A DNA stretch of 63,258 nucleotides, filler included, from Olpidium bornovanus S191 (taxonomy: Eukaryota > Fungi > Olpidiomycota), in the NCBI GenBank assembly GCA_017911155.1. It is 29 parts of 29 records of this genome, joined end to end, with 100 filler letters (N's around TTAATTAATTAA, not from the genome) between each part and the next. Parts side by side here need not be neighbours in the genome. Positions count along the whole stretch, not along the records: positions 45,891 to 47,477 come from JAEFCI010012766.1; positions 47,578 to 49,358 come from JAEFCI010001407.1; positions 49,459 to 50,925 come from JAEFCI010000769.1; positions 51,026 to 55,149 come from JAEFCI010005894.1; positions 55,250 to 59,496 come from JAEFCI010000013.1; positions 59,597 to 61,684 come from JAEFCI010012655.1; 23 more parts are not named here. One strand, 5' to 3'. Positions within the stretch are counted from its first letter, which is position 1. Every line of letters begins with the position of its first letter. The notes under the pieces were generated by a model, which saw nothing but the letters and a program-made list of their open reading frames with translations, did not search any database and was not told where the DNA came from. A program made the translations under genes and the position numbers. This document shows, piece by piece, positions 46,207-59,637 of this stretch.

Positions 46207-47225
46207 GAATGAGAGGGGTTGAGGGCGCCGGAAAGCAAAACGGAATGAAAAAGGCGTATCGCTGGCCGCTGCTGCCACTCATCCCACTTCCCGAAGACAT
46301 GTCGTCCGAAGGCAAAACTGAGCAGAAGAGCGCAGCTGTTGCCACCCTTGGTTGCCCTCCCTTCCTTTTGCCGAACACCGGCTGCCGGAAGGCACACGGA
46401 GCGAAAAGAACGCAGCTGCCGCCACCCCCTTCCTGGCCCCCTCTCTCCCTCCCGCCCCCCTCTCTCCCTCCCGCCTCCCTCTCTCCCTCTCTCTCCTCCC
46501 CCAATTCCGCGACGTCTGAAACATTTTGAGTGCCGACTCACGTGACGGTCGGGGTCATCGGGGCCTCCGTGCGGCTTGGCGTGGGGGTTGAAGTGGCCGC
46601 CGGCGGAAGTGCAGCCTTGCGGCGGGAATCGGGGTGAGTAGACGGAAAAGCCGTCAAAGGACGGCCTTTTGGTCCCGCCCGCCAGTCGTGGGAAGGTTGG
46701 GGGAGGACAAGACGGCGGGAGGCCCCGGCCGAGAAAGAAGTAAAAAAAAACCAGCCGGGCCGCGGAACTCGCAGAACGCACCGTTCGTGTTGTCGCCGAA
46801 CTCGCTGGGCGGCCGCGAGTGGGCGAAAGCCGCGACAAACAAAAAAAAACGAGGGAAAGCGGCGGGGGCGCCAGCTGAAGTCAACACCGAAGCCAATTAA
46901 GGCCGCGGGAAAGTGGGACGGCGGAGGCCGCGTCGGAGCTCCGGATTTTTTGGACGGAAACGCGGGGGGCGACGTGGCGGTGCGCTCGGCGCAATAGAAG
47001 GAAGGGGGGGGGGGGGGGGGGAAGCAACAGCCGTCGGGGAGGGCTCAACTGGACGTGGAAGCCGTGTTTCCCGGGCGACAGGCCCTGGAAGCGCGCGTCC
47101 ACATTAACCGGATGTTCCTGGGACTCCTGCGTAAAGCGGACGGTGCCCTGGAGATCGCTGTTGCCCTTCAGCACGGCGACGGCGACATACAACGTTGGGC
47201 GGTGAAGGGGAACTTGGACGGACAT
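45891..47225 (-). CDS. SOD1: Cu/Zn superoxide dismutase, 5 exons visible, 3' partial
   Basis: AVAVLKG...HGFHVH|EFGDNTNG|[10 protein letters not shown]...[10 protein letters not shown]|VGDLGNI...HSIIG|RSIV with GT-AG junctions. Confidence 0.97.
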
Positions 47226-48317
47226 GGTTGGGCCAGGCGGGGGGGGGGGAGCAGGGAAGGCCGGAGAGAGAGATCCGAGATTGGTGGGGCGCGTGCGCAC
47301 GGGTGGCGGCCGGCGCGCGGCCGGGAAGGAACAGAAGTGCGGGGAGGGCGACGGCGGGCGAGAGAGCAAATGCGACGGAGGATGCGCGAGGGGGTAAGAA
47401 GGGGGAATGGGGAGGAAGAGCGGGAAGGTGGGAGGGTGTTTAGGGGGGGGGGGGGGGGGGGGGGGGGTTTCTTCCCCNNNNNNNNNNNNNNNNNNNNNNN
47501 NNNNNNNNNNNNNNNNNNNNNTTAATTAATTAANNNNNNNNNNNNNNNNNNNNNNNNNNNNNNNNNNNNNNNNNNNNCATGTATGACAAACGTGCCCATT
47601 CTGTGAAATTGGTTCCTCGTTACCGAACGCTGCGATTGGGCTCATACCGCGGCACGCGGGGGGCTCGGCAGGGTTGTGTCATTGTCAAGTCGTGCGGCTG
47701 GGCCGAGGCGGCAGTTCGGCGCACGGGACGGGGGGGATTGGCAGGAAGCCGGTTTTGGCGGTTCAGCGAGGGCGCTCCAGCCAACGCACAGCCGAGGCCG
47801 CGGCGCAGTCTGGAAGGAGCGAGCGCCCCCGTCTTGGCATTTTCAAAACCCACGCTCCGACAAGAACAGGAGGAGCCAGAGCGTCCATCAACAGGGCGCC
47901 CGACCCAAAGTTGTGCCAACGGTGGCGAAAGACAGAGGCTGGAAGCTAGAGTGCGTGCCTTGACGTGCAGCAAACACACATCGGCAACTTGGTCTGATGA
48001 TATGGTGCCGCCGTGGGCACAGCCGGGTAGAGCCGATGTTTGCGCGGTCGAGAGGCGCTTGTGTGAGCTGGAAGGATCAACGAAGCGTTTAGTTCATCCC
48101 ACGGCAGGGTAGTGTGTCTTACGGCGGCTGCAAAGTTGCGCACGGTCCAGACCAATACTCAGCAGAAACGGTTTCCGGTCACGAACCCCCTGGCCGACGT
48201 CGGAAACTGCCGTTGGCGTAAAAGCATCGGAAATCTCCGTTCCGGTTGTCCTGAAGTGCGAAGTGTTGCTGTCGACGGGGTAAAAGCGCGACAAAACTGT
48301 CCAACTCGCCGCCGGTC

Positions 48318-49358
48318 ATGAGCGACGAGGGGTCACATTCAGACGATTCGGGCGTGGAGGAGATGCTGTATCGCGACCTCGCGGACGCCCACTGTCATCC
48401 GCACGACGACGAGAATGCGCTCCGTGCGCTGCCGGACACAAAATGCCCAAAGATGTGTGTCATGGGGACGCGGCCGGACGACTGGCCTGTTGTCGAGGAC
48501 TTCGTCGCCGCCGCCAGGGAGAAGCACGGCAAGGAGGCGACGCCGTCGTTCGGCCTGCACCCGTGGTTCGCTCACCTCTTTGCGGCTCCCTCAGCGTCCG
48601 GGACAAGCGAGGATGATCACGACCGCGCTGCCGACAAAACCGCGCACTACGCCACCGTCCTGAGAGACGACCGCCGAAAGCAGGACGAAGAAGACGTTTC
48701 GCTGGGCGGCCGGAGTCAACCGGTTTTCGTGCGTGCAGAGGACCTCCCGGAACCAATACCCGCCGACCTCTGGATGCGGCAGCTGCGGGAAGTGCTGCAC
48801 AGAAATCCGGAAGCCGTCCTAGGCGAGATCGGTTTCGACGCGGTGGCCGCTCTGAGGACAGGGCCGTACTGCAAAATCGGTGTCCCCCGTGGGTCGATCA
48901 CGAGTACCTTCTGCTCACTCGACCATCAGAGGGCTATCTTCCGGGCCCAGATGCGCCTCGCGGCAGAATTGCAGCGGCCGGTCTCTATTCATTCCGTGCG
49001 CACGCAGGGCGTGCTGGTCGAAGAGCTGAAGCTGCTCATGGACGAACACCTGGCGTCTTCAGCCGCTGCTGTGGCCTCGGCAAAACGTTTCTCAAGCTCC
49101 GCTGCCGCCATGCCGCCCAGCGTCTGCCTGCATTCATACTCCGGTTCAGCAGAAACAGTCGAATCCCTCGTCAAGATGTTTGAAAAAGCCAAGGGCGGAC
49201 GCCGTTCGAAAAGGGATCAGGCGCGTTTTTGCCCGGAGGATGACGAATCTGAGGGTGATGAATCTCAGGACGATGAAGAGGTCCGTCCGCGGCTTTCCAC
49301 CCCGGAGATATTTTTCTCGCTGTCCACCGCCTTCAGCGGCCGGCTGGCCGCCAAGCGG
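48318..49358 (+). CDS. scn1: TatD-family metallo-hydrolase, Scn1/YMR262W-like, 3' partial
   Basis: DAHCHP, FGLHPWF, LGEIGFD, HQRAIFRAQMRLAAELQRPVSIHSV, LHSYSGS and FFSLS motifs. Confidence 0.9.
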
Positions 49359-50583
49359 NNNNNNNNNNNNNNNNNNNNNNNNNNNNNNNNNNNNNNNNNN
49401 NNTTAATTAATTAANNNNNNNNNNNNNNNNNNNNNNNNNNNNNNNNNNNNNNNNNNNNGACGCGCAAAGAAAGCTCGGCCGCAGCGTGGGGCTTAGAGGG
49501 GCTGGGAGTTTAACGGCGTGGGGGAGGGGCGGGAACAAGTTTTGGCGGAGCTTGGCCAACCGACGGCCAACAGAACATGGAACGAAGGCAAAGGGGCACA
49601 GACAAAAACAGTGCGTGTCCCGCGGTTTCGACCCGAATGGCGGCCCGCACTCTCTCCCCATGCCTCCATTCGCGAACCCGCGGGCCCTTCGACCGACGCG
49701 CGATCTTTCCTGCCGAAAGTGTGCTGTCGATCGAAGCGTTATCCTGGCCCCGGGAGCATGTAATCTTGGCCATCTTCGCGTGGGTCCAGGCCCAACGGCA
49801 TGCAGAGTGCCGATGCCCCGCGGCTTACCCGTTCCCCAGGCAGCGCACCGTCCGCCTTCGCCAGCGTCGTGCGTCGCCGAGCGTCCGGGATGTCGCGCTC
49901 CTTATTCCGGTTTGAAACGGCTGCAGGGCGGGGGAGGACGACCTTTTTGCAGAAAACTCGGGGGGAGGTGGGGGGGGGTGTGGGGGCGGAGGAAAGTATT
50001 GCAAATATAGTAAGAAGAAGAAACCGAAGCCCGCAAACGGAGACGCGGTAAGCCCGAGAGATGAAGAGTAGGAGGGAATCTGTACTCGTAGCGTTCCTTC
50101 TCTAGCGCAGCAAGGCTTAATATATAGGGCGGCGATCTAAGGACTCTACAAAGGAGCAACTGGGGCTAGTCCGCGCAGTGCGTTCTCTGCTCAGCCTCCC
50201 CCTTTCCTCATCTCCATTTATTTCCCCCTTTATCTCTAACAGAAAGGGGAGAGGAAGGGGCGAGGGCGTGCCGTGCTGCGCCCGGCAAACGCTTCCGTCG
50301 GTGCCCAGTATTTGGAGCTGCCGGTGAGGTCTAATGGATGCGGTGGGCATGCGCGGTGCCGTTGAGCGCGGGATGTTTCATAATTTTTATTGGTTTTTGT
50401 TTTCCGTTCTTGCGAGGCCGTCCGTACTCTGCTTAGCAGCAATCAACCGCACACCCGCTCAACCTCTTATGGGTCAGAATCTGGCTGAGAGCGTTGCCAA
50501 AAACCGGGGAAGGTTCTCGTTTGTCGCAAGCGACCCGCATTAATTAGAGAAGTGAGGGGGAGCGGAGAAGGGTGGGGGGGGGG

Positions 50584-50654
<71 letters not shown>

Positions 50655-51025
50655 GCGGCCGACGCGGCTAACCCGCGGCTCGCATATCCTTTTGCAGAAA
50701 CTGTTTTGATGGCTTTATGTCTGGACCGCGCGTTGGAGCGGCTGGTAGGTCATCCCTTTTATTACGCGAGCAATATGGAGTTTACACCAGGAAAGGTACT
50801 ATTGCATGAAAAATTGGGCGCAAACTTCCTGAGTGTTTGTCAGAGGCTGCGTAAACCCCCGCTTTCACCAAGAATGCAAACAAATGTGGGAAAAAGGTGC
50901 AAACGGACTTTTACTTTTGTGACAANNNNNNNNNNNNNNNNNNNNNNNNNNNNNNNNNNNNNNNNNNNNTTAATTAATTAANNNNNNNNNNNNNNNNNNN
51001 NNNNNNNNNNNNNNNNNNNNNNNNN

Positions 51026-52420
51026 CCATGTCGGAAATCAATTCTTCTAAGTCCTTAACCTCTTCATCCTTGTCGGCGACTTCCAAACTGCCGTCCTTGA
51101 CGAGATGGATGCGTCTTCTAAAGATGTCAATAGCCTTCTGAATTTCGCAGATCGCCCTGGCGCCAGCCTGCGGGTCTGGCGTGAACTCGAGAACGTTGGC
51201 GAGCTGGAAGTGGCAAAAGGCAACCTTTCGGTCGGCCTCGCCGTACGCCTGTTGCAGCAGATCAAGGGCACTGCCGAGGTCCGCGACGGCCTCCGAAAAA
51301 TTCTCTGACAAATGATGGATAAAACGAACAGTTCTTATACAGAAGCGTTTAAACGCCACAAGCAGGCAGAAGAATTTCGAATCTTTGCCGCGACTTACCA
51401 GACTCGAGGAGTACGTCGCCGAGAGCTAAGTAAGTCTCGGCAAGCTGCTTCTTGGCAGCCTCGCCCTCCATTCTCGAAAAGATCACGCGGGCGGTGTCGA
51501 GGACCTCCCACGCGATATCCAGATCGTCAGTCCCAGCCTCCTCGGCTCCGTCTTCTTCTTTGGCGCCACCTTCCTCGGTCACTTCCACCTCCTCTTCTGC
51601 TCCCTCCTCCTCCTCCGCCTCATCAGCTTCCTCGTCGCCGTGGAAAACAAAGTGTCCCGACTTCTCCTTCTGCAGAGCGGCCGCGGCGGCCACAGCAGTC
51701 GCGTCGTCGGCAGCGGAGCCGTTGGCATGCGACGTTCCGTCAGCCGAAGACGCGGCGGCCAGCGCCCTCCCCGAGGTTTCCTCGCCAGAATTTTCGCCCA
51801 GCGGCGAGGACCGCGACACCGCGTTGAAGTAAAGCGCCCGGCCGTACATGAGGAGCACGTCAGCGCATTTCGGCGAAAAGGCGCCGTAGGCTTTCTCGCT
51901 GTTGGGAAGGAGAGGAAGGGGGCAAGTCGGCAGCATTTAGAAAGACAGAAGCGACCGCGGGGACGCGCGGGCAAAAAAAAAACGACGTGGGGGCGCGCGT
52001 TTTGGGGGGGGGGGGGGGGGGGGGGGGGGTGGGGGGGGGGGGGGGGGGGGGGGTGTAAGTGGACGGGCGTTGGGCGGTCGAAACGCCGTTTGTGCCCGGC
52101 AATACGAAAGGAGCGGCGGCGGGAGGGGGAGGAGGGGAAGCGTACGGAACGGAAGAGACTTACAGGAGCTCGGCCGCCGTGGAGTACGCCTCCACGGCTT
52201 CGGCGTAATTTTGCACGGACAGAGCGCGCGCCGCGGCGGCCCTCAGCGCAGGGACGCAGTCCAGGGCCTTCTGTTCCGCCTCGGCGCGCGCCTCTTCCGC
52301 CGCGCCGCACGGCGCGGGTTCCGGCTCGGCGGCCTGGAGGACAGGCGCGGCCGTGGGTTGTTTCGGCGCCGCCGGGGCAACGGGCTCCTCCGCGAGGGTC
52401 GCGGGCGAGTCGGTGGTCAT
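51026..52420 (-). CDS. NASP: NASP/Sim3/Hif1 histone chaperone (SHNi-TPR), 3' partial
   Basis: NYAEAVEAYSTAAELL|SEKAYGAFSPKCADVLLMYGRAL, an acidic insert, DDLDIAWEVLDTARVIF...LALGDVLLES|ENFSEAVADL. Confidence 0.95.
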
Positions 52421-52518
52421 GGCTGTTTTCGGCGACCTTTTTCTTTTTTTTTTTTTTTTTTGTCTGAGGAAAGGGGCCGGGGGGGTGGGGGAGGAGCGGC
52501 GGGCATTTTCCCTTTCGG

Positions 52519-52555
<37 letters not shown>

Positions 52556-53697
52556 GGGGGGACTTCCAACCGCTGGTTCCTGTGTTTCCGCGTTCGCAAC
52601 CTTCCCCGCAGGCTCAAGGAGGGTGGTAATGGGCCACACCCGCCCCGCACGGTCACCCCCTCCTGCAGCGTAAATGTCGGCCGGTGCCGACGGCGCAGCA
52701 GACCACAGCAGGCGCCCGCCTCACGCGCGTGGGCTTGCAGTAACCGGCGGGCGATTCACGGATTATGACCGGTGTGCCTTACTCCGGGCGTTCTCGGCCT
52801 GCGTAGTGTGATGTTAGCGCCGCGAGGGGCGCGGCCAGAACCAAAAATCCCTTTCGAACAAGAGGCCCACCGCAGCCCTCCGGCGAACCACCGCGATAAC
52901 GCAGAGGAAAGCGACTTTTTCTTCCATTCCTCTGGGAAAAACCCCGTCTTCTTGCTGTACACTCGCATCCTGCCATGCTCGCGCCTTTCACTTTTCCTTG
53001 GAAGGCGACTCTCTTTCTTAGTCCTTTCCGTTGTGACGCGTAAGGAAGGCCTTTTGTTTTTTATAATGTGCCGAAACGTTCTGGGCAAATCTGAACTGAT
53101 TATTCCTGAAGAACTCAATTAATCTGAAGGCAGGATAAACCAGCAGTTCAGGTTTTGGTGCACCGCATTCCTGAACGGTGGCATCTGAGTTTCAGGGGTT
53201 TCCACAGCACTCCCGTCTGTGGTGGCCAGCCCACGGGAAAGCACCACATTTTTCTCATTTACCACCTGCCTCGATGCTGCCTGAAGAATATAAATCCCCC
53301 CGGTTGATATTCAGATGTGATCCATTCAGAACTCGCAGGGCTAAGACGCAGCACGTTTCCAAAAATTTGGTGCAAAATCTGACCAGCGCACATCGGCCAA
53401 AATCTGGTGTATTTGAAGAATCTGACCAGCGCGTTTCGGCCCAATAAGTCGGATTTGGGCCGGCTGATATCTAACGGTCGGCCAACGGGCCCTTTTGCGC
53501 TCCCTTGCTCACCCTCCTTCCTTTCCATCCACTTTCCTCTGGTTCGGCTGTCGTCGACAGCTTTTTCGTTCGGCAGGAGGTTCGCACACACCCGGCCTGG
53601 GATCCTTTTTCTGTTCTTTCTCCAATTTCCGGTAAACTGGCCGTGTGTCCCTTGCTCTCGTGTCTAATTTCCTCCCAAGAGCGCCGCGTCGACGCTA

Positions 53698-55149
53698 TCA
53701 GAAAAACGACTTGATCGCTTTTTGTTGCGTGGTCGTTCCTGGCTGCTGCCGCTGGGGTTGACGCGCTTCCGAATCGGGGTGCTTGGACAAAATGGTGGGA
53801 ACGTAGGCGCCGCTGGACGCAGACCCCGGTTTGGGCTCTGATCTGGAATCGGTCGGGTTTGGAATCAGGGTCTGCTTCGGGAAGAGGAGAGAAGATTCTT
53901 TGGCGGTAATAGAGGCGGCGGCGGGAAGTTTGGGAGGAAAAGGCGGATTGTCGTTCAGAATAATCGGCTTGGGCGCCGTCGGCGACTTCAGCGTGATGCT
54001 TTCGCCGACTTCCGGGCCACTGGCTGTATTTAAGTAGGCGCGACCCTCCTGTCAGGGAAGACAACGCAAAAAAAGAAAAGGAAATAGACAAAAAGGAACC
54101 ACAGCCGGAACCTAAAACTTCGCTGCCGACTTATCCACCTTTTGCCGCTGTTGCCCCCTGCGGCAAAGCCGCCGGCCGGTCCTTAGCGCCCGCTGCGGGG
54201 GCATTTCTCGCGCCGGGCAATACTGAAGTCGGGGAGCTCGGCGTCGCTAAAGGCGACTTAGGTGAGCCCGTCCCGAAAAAATCATCATCGGATGTTTTGT
54301 CGATCGGAGGTTGCGCGCCCACCGCCGACGGCGAGACAACAGCCGCGTTCTGCGGCTTTGCGCCCGCGGCACCCGTTGGGAGTTTCAAATGCAAACCGGA
54401 AGCTTCGCTCATAAAACTCGACGAGGTTAGTGCTGCAGATGATCTGTCGGCGAGCCAGACCGGTGGGGACGCTGCAGCTCCGGCCGCAATGTTTGAGGCA
54501 GTCGAGGAGATCTGCGACGCGGCGCCCAAGCGCTGGGCTGCACCGCTGTTCCCAGAAGGGACGACATTCGGTGCAGCAGACTGCGTGCTATGAAGCAGAT
54601 GCGCCGCGTCGCCTTTGTCGCCGGTCGTGCTCGCAGAGAGAACTGGGGTCGCCCCGTTTGTCAGGCTCGTGGTTCTCCCAGCACCTCTGACCTTCCCGAA
54701 ATTGAACTGGGGTGCGTAGATCGACGTTTGCGGAACGACACAAACGCCGCTCCCAACCGGTGAAGTATTGTCCGGCAACGACTGCTGCGTTGCGGCCGTA
54801 TCCGCCGCCTTCTTGCAGACGTCGGGAGCAACCGGATCGTTGGGCTCCCTCTTAGGCGTCCTCGTTCTAACCTGCGGCGCCGGCGCCGGTTTGGTCGGGA
54901 ACTGTGCTTCTGTTTCCGATTCGGAGTCTATCAGCTCGCCTGGAGTGGAGGGGCGCGCCCGAGAAGAGTGCCTGGCCTCAAAGTCGGTCGCGATGCCCTC
55001 GCGAGAATTCACGGTTCCGCGCCGGGTTGCAACAGGTTTTGGTCGCAACGTCGCGTCCTTATTACGCGATACTCTGGACGAAGACCGTCCGGCAGCGTTC
55101 ATCTCCGCCGCCTGGCGATTGGCGGAAAATCTTTGCGTTACCAGCATGC
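53698..55149 (-). CDS. Disordered protein C-terminus ending in a PIP-box-like motif, 5' partial
   Basis: ORF 55147..54139 spliced through a phase-1 intron (54138-54024; CTGAC branch point, TACAG acceptor) to an S/P/A/T-rich exon ending QQKAIKSFF-TGA at 53698. Confidence 0.62.
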
Positions 55150-55249
55150 NNNNNNNNNNNNNNNNNNNNNNNNNNNNNNNNNNNNNNNNNNNNTTAATTA
55201 ATTAANNNNNNNNNNNNNNNNNNNNNNNNNNNNNNNNNNNNNNNNNNNN

Positions 55250-57034
55250 ACCGAGACCTTGTGGAACGCGAGCACCGCCAGCGGTTTCGTCGTCTTGGTT
55301 GAGAACAGGCGTACCCTGTCGTCCGTAGGATCTGTCAGTATATCTTCACATCCGCAACACGTTTGACATGAAGCCAGCGCCGTCCATTTCCTTGGCCATT
55401 AATGAACGGGGACCTTTATTTAGACCAAAAACACATGAAAAATAAACATACTTTCCGTCCCATCCGGCCGTAGCAACTATCCGGCCATCGTCGCGCACAC
55501 GGACGTCCGACACACCCATACCCTTCAACCTAATTTCCCGTGGTTCCGGTAGCCCTTCGGGATTCACAGTATTTATTCCCAGGATGACCAGGCGGTTGTC
55601 GGCAGAACCCGAGAAACAAGACCGGCCGTCGCAAGCCAGAGCCATCACTTCATAACGGTGGAGCGTCAATACAGGCAATCGTAAAAAAATGTGTGTAACT
55701 GAGGAGCGCAGTTGTACCTGGTTCAGGATGGCACTTAACCCTCCAGACCAGTTGAATCTCCCCCATGGCCCACGCCGTCGTGCCTTGGCGAGAACCGGGT
55801 TTGAAACGCCACATCACTACGTCACCGATTTCGTAAGCGGTCAGCAGTAACAGGGCGGAGCTACTGTCTGGAACCACCTTGACACTCATGCACATCCCTG
55901 TCCGGCCCGTCCATTTAGCATTCCGGTAAAGCGAACGACGATTAATAAACAGGCACCGACAGACCACTTCTCTTCTTCGCGTCGTCGTCCAAAAATCCGA
56001 TCGGCGACGAAAGCAATCTTGGTTCGAGTGGATCCCAGAGTTCCACCTGGTGCACCGACGTAAATCCGAAACGAATGAATCCCACGGAATGTAAGCCTGC
56101 GTCACACGAAAGAATACGAGATGCCCGGGAAGTATTTACCATATTTGGCTCTTGCAGACTAGGCACCGCTAAGACGAGTGAATGAACCCGCGGGGTAGCT
56201 TCGTCGACATTTTCTACAAGCGAAGTTAGACCGGGGTCCGAATTACCGCCCCCGCGGCCTCCGAAAGGACGGAAATCACGATTGCACACCAGTGTCGAAC
56301 GTCCCCAGGCAGAACCGACAAAAACTGATGTCACTAGTCGGCACCCGAGAGACTGGCGAAGTCGACACCGCTCCATCCTCGGACAGACGCCAAACTCGCA
56401 CCTCGTCGTCCCTGCCTTGTCTGCGAGATTGTCGCCGACTTAGTCGACAAATATATCGGATCGACCGAGCTCCTCGCCGATCGCCGCAAGGCAAGCTCCT
56501 AAAGCGGAACGCGGTGGCTCGCTTCCGACGTACGTGAAGAGGAGCTCGTCAGGGGTGCCGCGAGGAGCCGTCGGTGATGAATCGTTTTCGACGCGCACGG
56601 CGGCAAGCTCCAGCAACGCTTTGGCGTGAGCCTTCCAGCGGACAGTCGTCCGCTTAGTTCTCATGTCCCACACGAAGACGTTTCCGGACGCATCACTATA
56701 ACGCGAAATACCGTCAGGAGGCGAAACGGGGCCCTGTTGGTCGTTCCGCGCACGTTCCAAACTTGCGGCGATGTGTCGCGCGGGGCGAACGTCGGTTTTT
56801 TTATTTTTTTTTCTCGGCCGTTTGTTTCCCGTACCCGGACACCAGGAATCTCGAACCGTGCGCAAAGCACACCGCGGCGACCTCTTCCAGGTGGCCGTGG
56901 AAGGTAAAACCCGGCTGCGGAGGCGGCACGGCGGACGGGGCGGAGAGCAGCTGTGGCCGCGCGCCGGGGAGCAGCGCGACACGGGACCCGGCATCCGCCA
57001 AGACAGCCGTCCTGATGTCCACCTGGCGGCTCAT
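55250..57034 (-). CDS. ASA1: WD40 protein Asa1/GNB1L (ASTRA complex), multi-exon, 3' partial
   Basis: PQPGFTFHGH, SG|DASGNVFVWDMRTKR, QGRDDEVRVW, GMCMSVK, TAYEIGDVVMW, GVSDVRVRDDGRIVATAGWDGK, RVRLFSTKTTKPLAVLAFH. Confidence 0.9.
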
Positions 57035-58516
57035 GGTGTTGTTGTTGCGCATGAAATTCCCCTGGCCGGCGGGGCTAGTGCGCCCGTGCCCTTTTTATCC
57101 GCCGACTTCTCAGCCCACGCACAAACACAGAGCACGCAACCACAAAAGTAAAAACCACACATGTCACGCAGTACGGCGTCGTCATTTCGCCTCCCAGCAC
57201 CGACCTTGCCGCCAGAAAGCAAACCGGTAGCAGCTCATTGTTCACACTGCCGTGCGCTTGGCGCCTCGACATGGCCCGTCCAAGAATTCTGAGATTGTCC
57301 CTTTGTGGCGCCAAGGTGGCGTGAAAGCTAAGTGTGTTTCTTCGGGCGGAAAAAAAATCTCGCGCTCAGTGTGTATGCCTCCCAGGGAAGGTTACAGATC
57401 CTTGCAAACTTTGGCATGCATGGAGCATGCCACAAGAGGTTTCCAACAAAAAGTAGGTTTGTGTGATGGCCCGAGTTGAACCGCCTGAGTGCGACGAGAC
57501 GCCCGGTCCAGGTCACGGGGGATAGACAAAAAGATCTGGCTCTCGAATCCCAGTCAGGTCCTCTTCGAACGCCGGCTTACAGTCTGAAGATCGCCGTCGT
57601 CCTATTCGAGATCCCCTTCTTTTTTTTTTTTTTTTTTTTTTTTTTTTGCCGGCCCACCTCATACCGCAACGCGTCGAATACGCACAAAAGGAAAAAACTT
57701 CCGCTCGGAGAAAGAGAGGGAGAGAGAACGGGCGTGGCCATTGGTCGCAGCTCGTGAAAACAGTCCTGCTGGAATTCTTGTTGTTCCCCGCCGGGATTTG
57801 CGGACGTTGTCGCCGCGGTCGAAGCGGCTGGCCCGTCCGGAGGAGGACAGTTGGCGACGGCGTGTTTGGGCGCGGGAGGCCACGGCGGCGCCAGGCGGTG
57901 CGCCCGCAGCGAGCGCCCGCGACACCAAGAGGCTCGTTCCGAGCCGCCGAGCTCGCGGCGTTGTGCGAATCCGCACCCTTCGCCTTCGGCAACTCGGCAG
58001 CTTTCTTCGAAATCCGCCAAGCGGAAGAGCGCCGGCGCACCACCGCCGGTACGCCGCTTGGTCCGCCGCTGCCTCGCGTCTTGGAGTTGGCGGGCGGAGA
58101 AAGGCACCTCGCGCGGGGTCCTTGTCGCGGGCGGTAGGCGGTGGATGAGCGGAGGGGAACGGAGCCGCGGGCAACAGCCGGTGTCCGTTCGCTTCGCAGA
58201 CATTTTCACCCACGAAAATCTCGGCGCGTCCGCCGCCGGCGTCCAGGAGCTCGCGGCCTGCCGTGGTGGGTGACGTCGAATCCTCGCTCGCAAGCAAAGC
58301 CCACCCCCCCCCCGCCCTTTCCTTCAACATTTCTTCTCCTTGCCACTAGCGGACTCTGCTGGCAGCGCGCTGCTTGGAGGACGGATCTCTGGGGTAGACC
58401 CAGCCAGCCCCGCGATTGAACTCGAACTCGCCCCCAGCCGGCCTGACGCCACTGCCGCCCTTCATCGCCTTGACTGACCTCCAGGGATCGCGCCGCAAGT
58501 TACCCTGAGTTTCCGT

Positions 58517-59496
58517 ATGGACGCACGACCAGAGGAGCTCGCAGCGTTGAAATGCACGCTCGCCGCGGGTCCGCGCCGTCCGGTCTCCCGTTTCTGCAGG
58601 CCGTCCTCGCAAGGCCGCGCTCTCGTCCACGTTGAGTCGTGGGGACCGCGTGCGCAACAATTGCTCTTGAAGGCATGCGGTGAAACGCAGGACTGCTTGG
58701 ATAGGAGGGCCGAGAACGTCGCGTGCGTGCTGGTTTGGTTCGCGTACGAGAAGCAACTACTCCACTCTCCGCAGTCTGATGCTGAGGCAGCAAGGCGTGG
58801 CGGGTTCGACGGACCACTCCAGAGCTCGAATCCGCACGCGGCACTTGCCTGTGAAATCCCAGGGAGGATCGATTTTCTTATAACTGCCGATTGGTCGAAG
58901 CACCGGGACAATCTTTACCTGAGCTGGTAACAAACCCCGCTCCATTTTCGTGACTGAGGGGCGCTTTGGCCTGATTCCTGCCGTGCGTTATGCATTTTGA
59001 CGTTGTGCAGGGCGAAAATGGTGCACACTCTGCTGGTAAACTACCACAAGAACAGCGTAATTTTGACGGTCCTTTCCGTCGTCGGCGGCGCGTTCTCTAC
59101 GCTTGGCAGGCGAAACCGAAAGCACGTGCGTACGTCCATTAGTGCTGCTTGTTTCCGTCGACCGCAGCCGCCGTATCTTTTCGTGTCTGAACCGCCAAAG
59201 AATCTTCCAGGCGTTGCGCGCGGGAATGCTTGCCCTGCAGCAGGTTGCGCTCGCCCGCCGGATGGGCGACGAAGCCCTTGAGAGCAAATGCTGCCTTTAC
59301 TACGCGGAGCACTGCGTGCAGACGGGAAAGTTCGTACGTGCTCGCTCGATCATCGACTGTCAGGCAGAAAAGGCGAAAAGAAGTAGAGACCGCGTGGTAC
59401 GGAATATCTCCAGTTCAGAGATACAACAAGTCGGTTTGTCTAACTTCCGATTGCGATCGTTTTTATTGCGACCGTGCTGTCAAGCTGGAGGACATG
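58517..59496 (+). CDS. DUF4807-like helical protein, multi-exon, 3' partial
   Basis: LTVLSVVGGAFSTLG...AGMLALQQVALARRMGDEALESKCCLYYA recalls the DUF4807 core. Assignment from memory. Confidence 0.55.
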
Positions 59497-59637
59497 NNNN
59501 NNNNNNNNNNNNNNNNNNNNNNNNNNNNNNNNNNNNNNNNTTAATTAATTAANNNNNNNNNNNNNNNNNNNNNNNNNNNNNNNNNNNNNNNNNNNNCGTT
59601 TTTTTATTTATTTTTTTTTTGGTGACCCCACAAATAG

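Noticed and set aside
53471-54091. Listed minus-strand ORF as the true last exon
   Set aside because: It needs an acceptor immediately adjacent to the CTGAC branch point. The downstream TACAG fits the spacing of other introns and gives matching composition. Not formally excluded.
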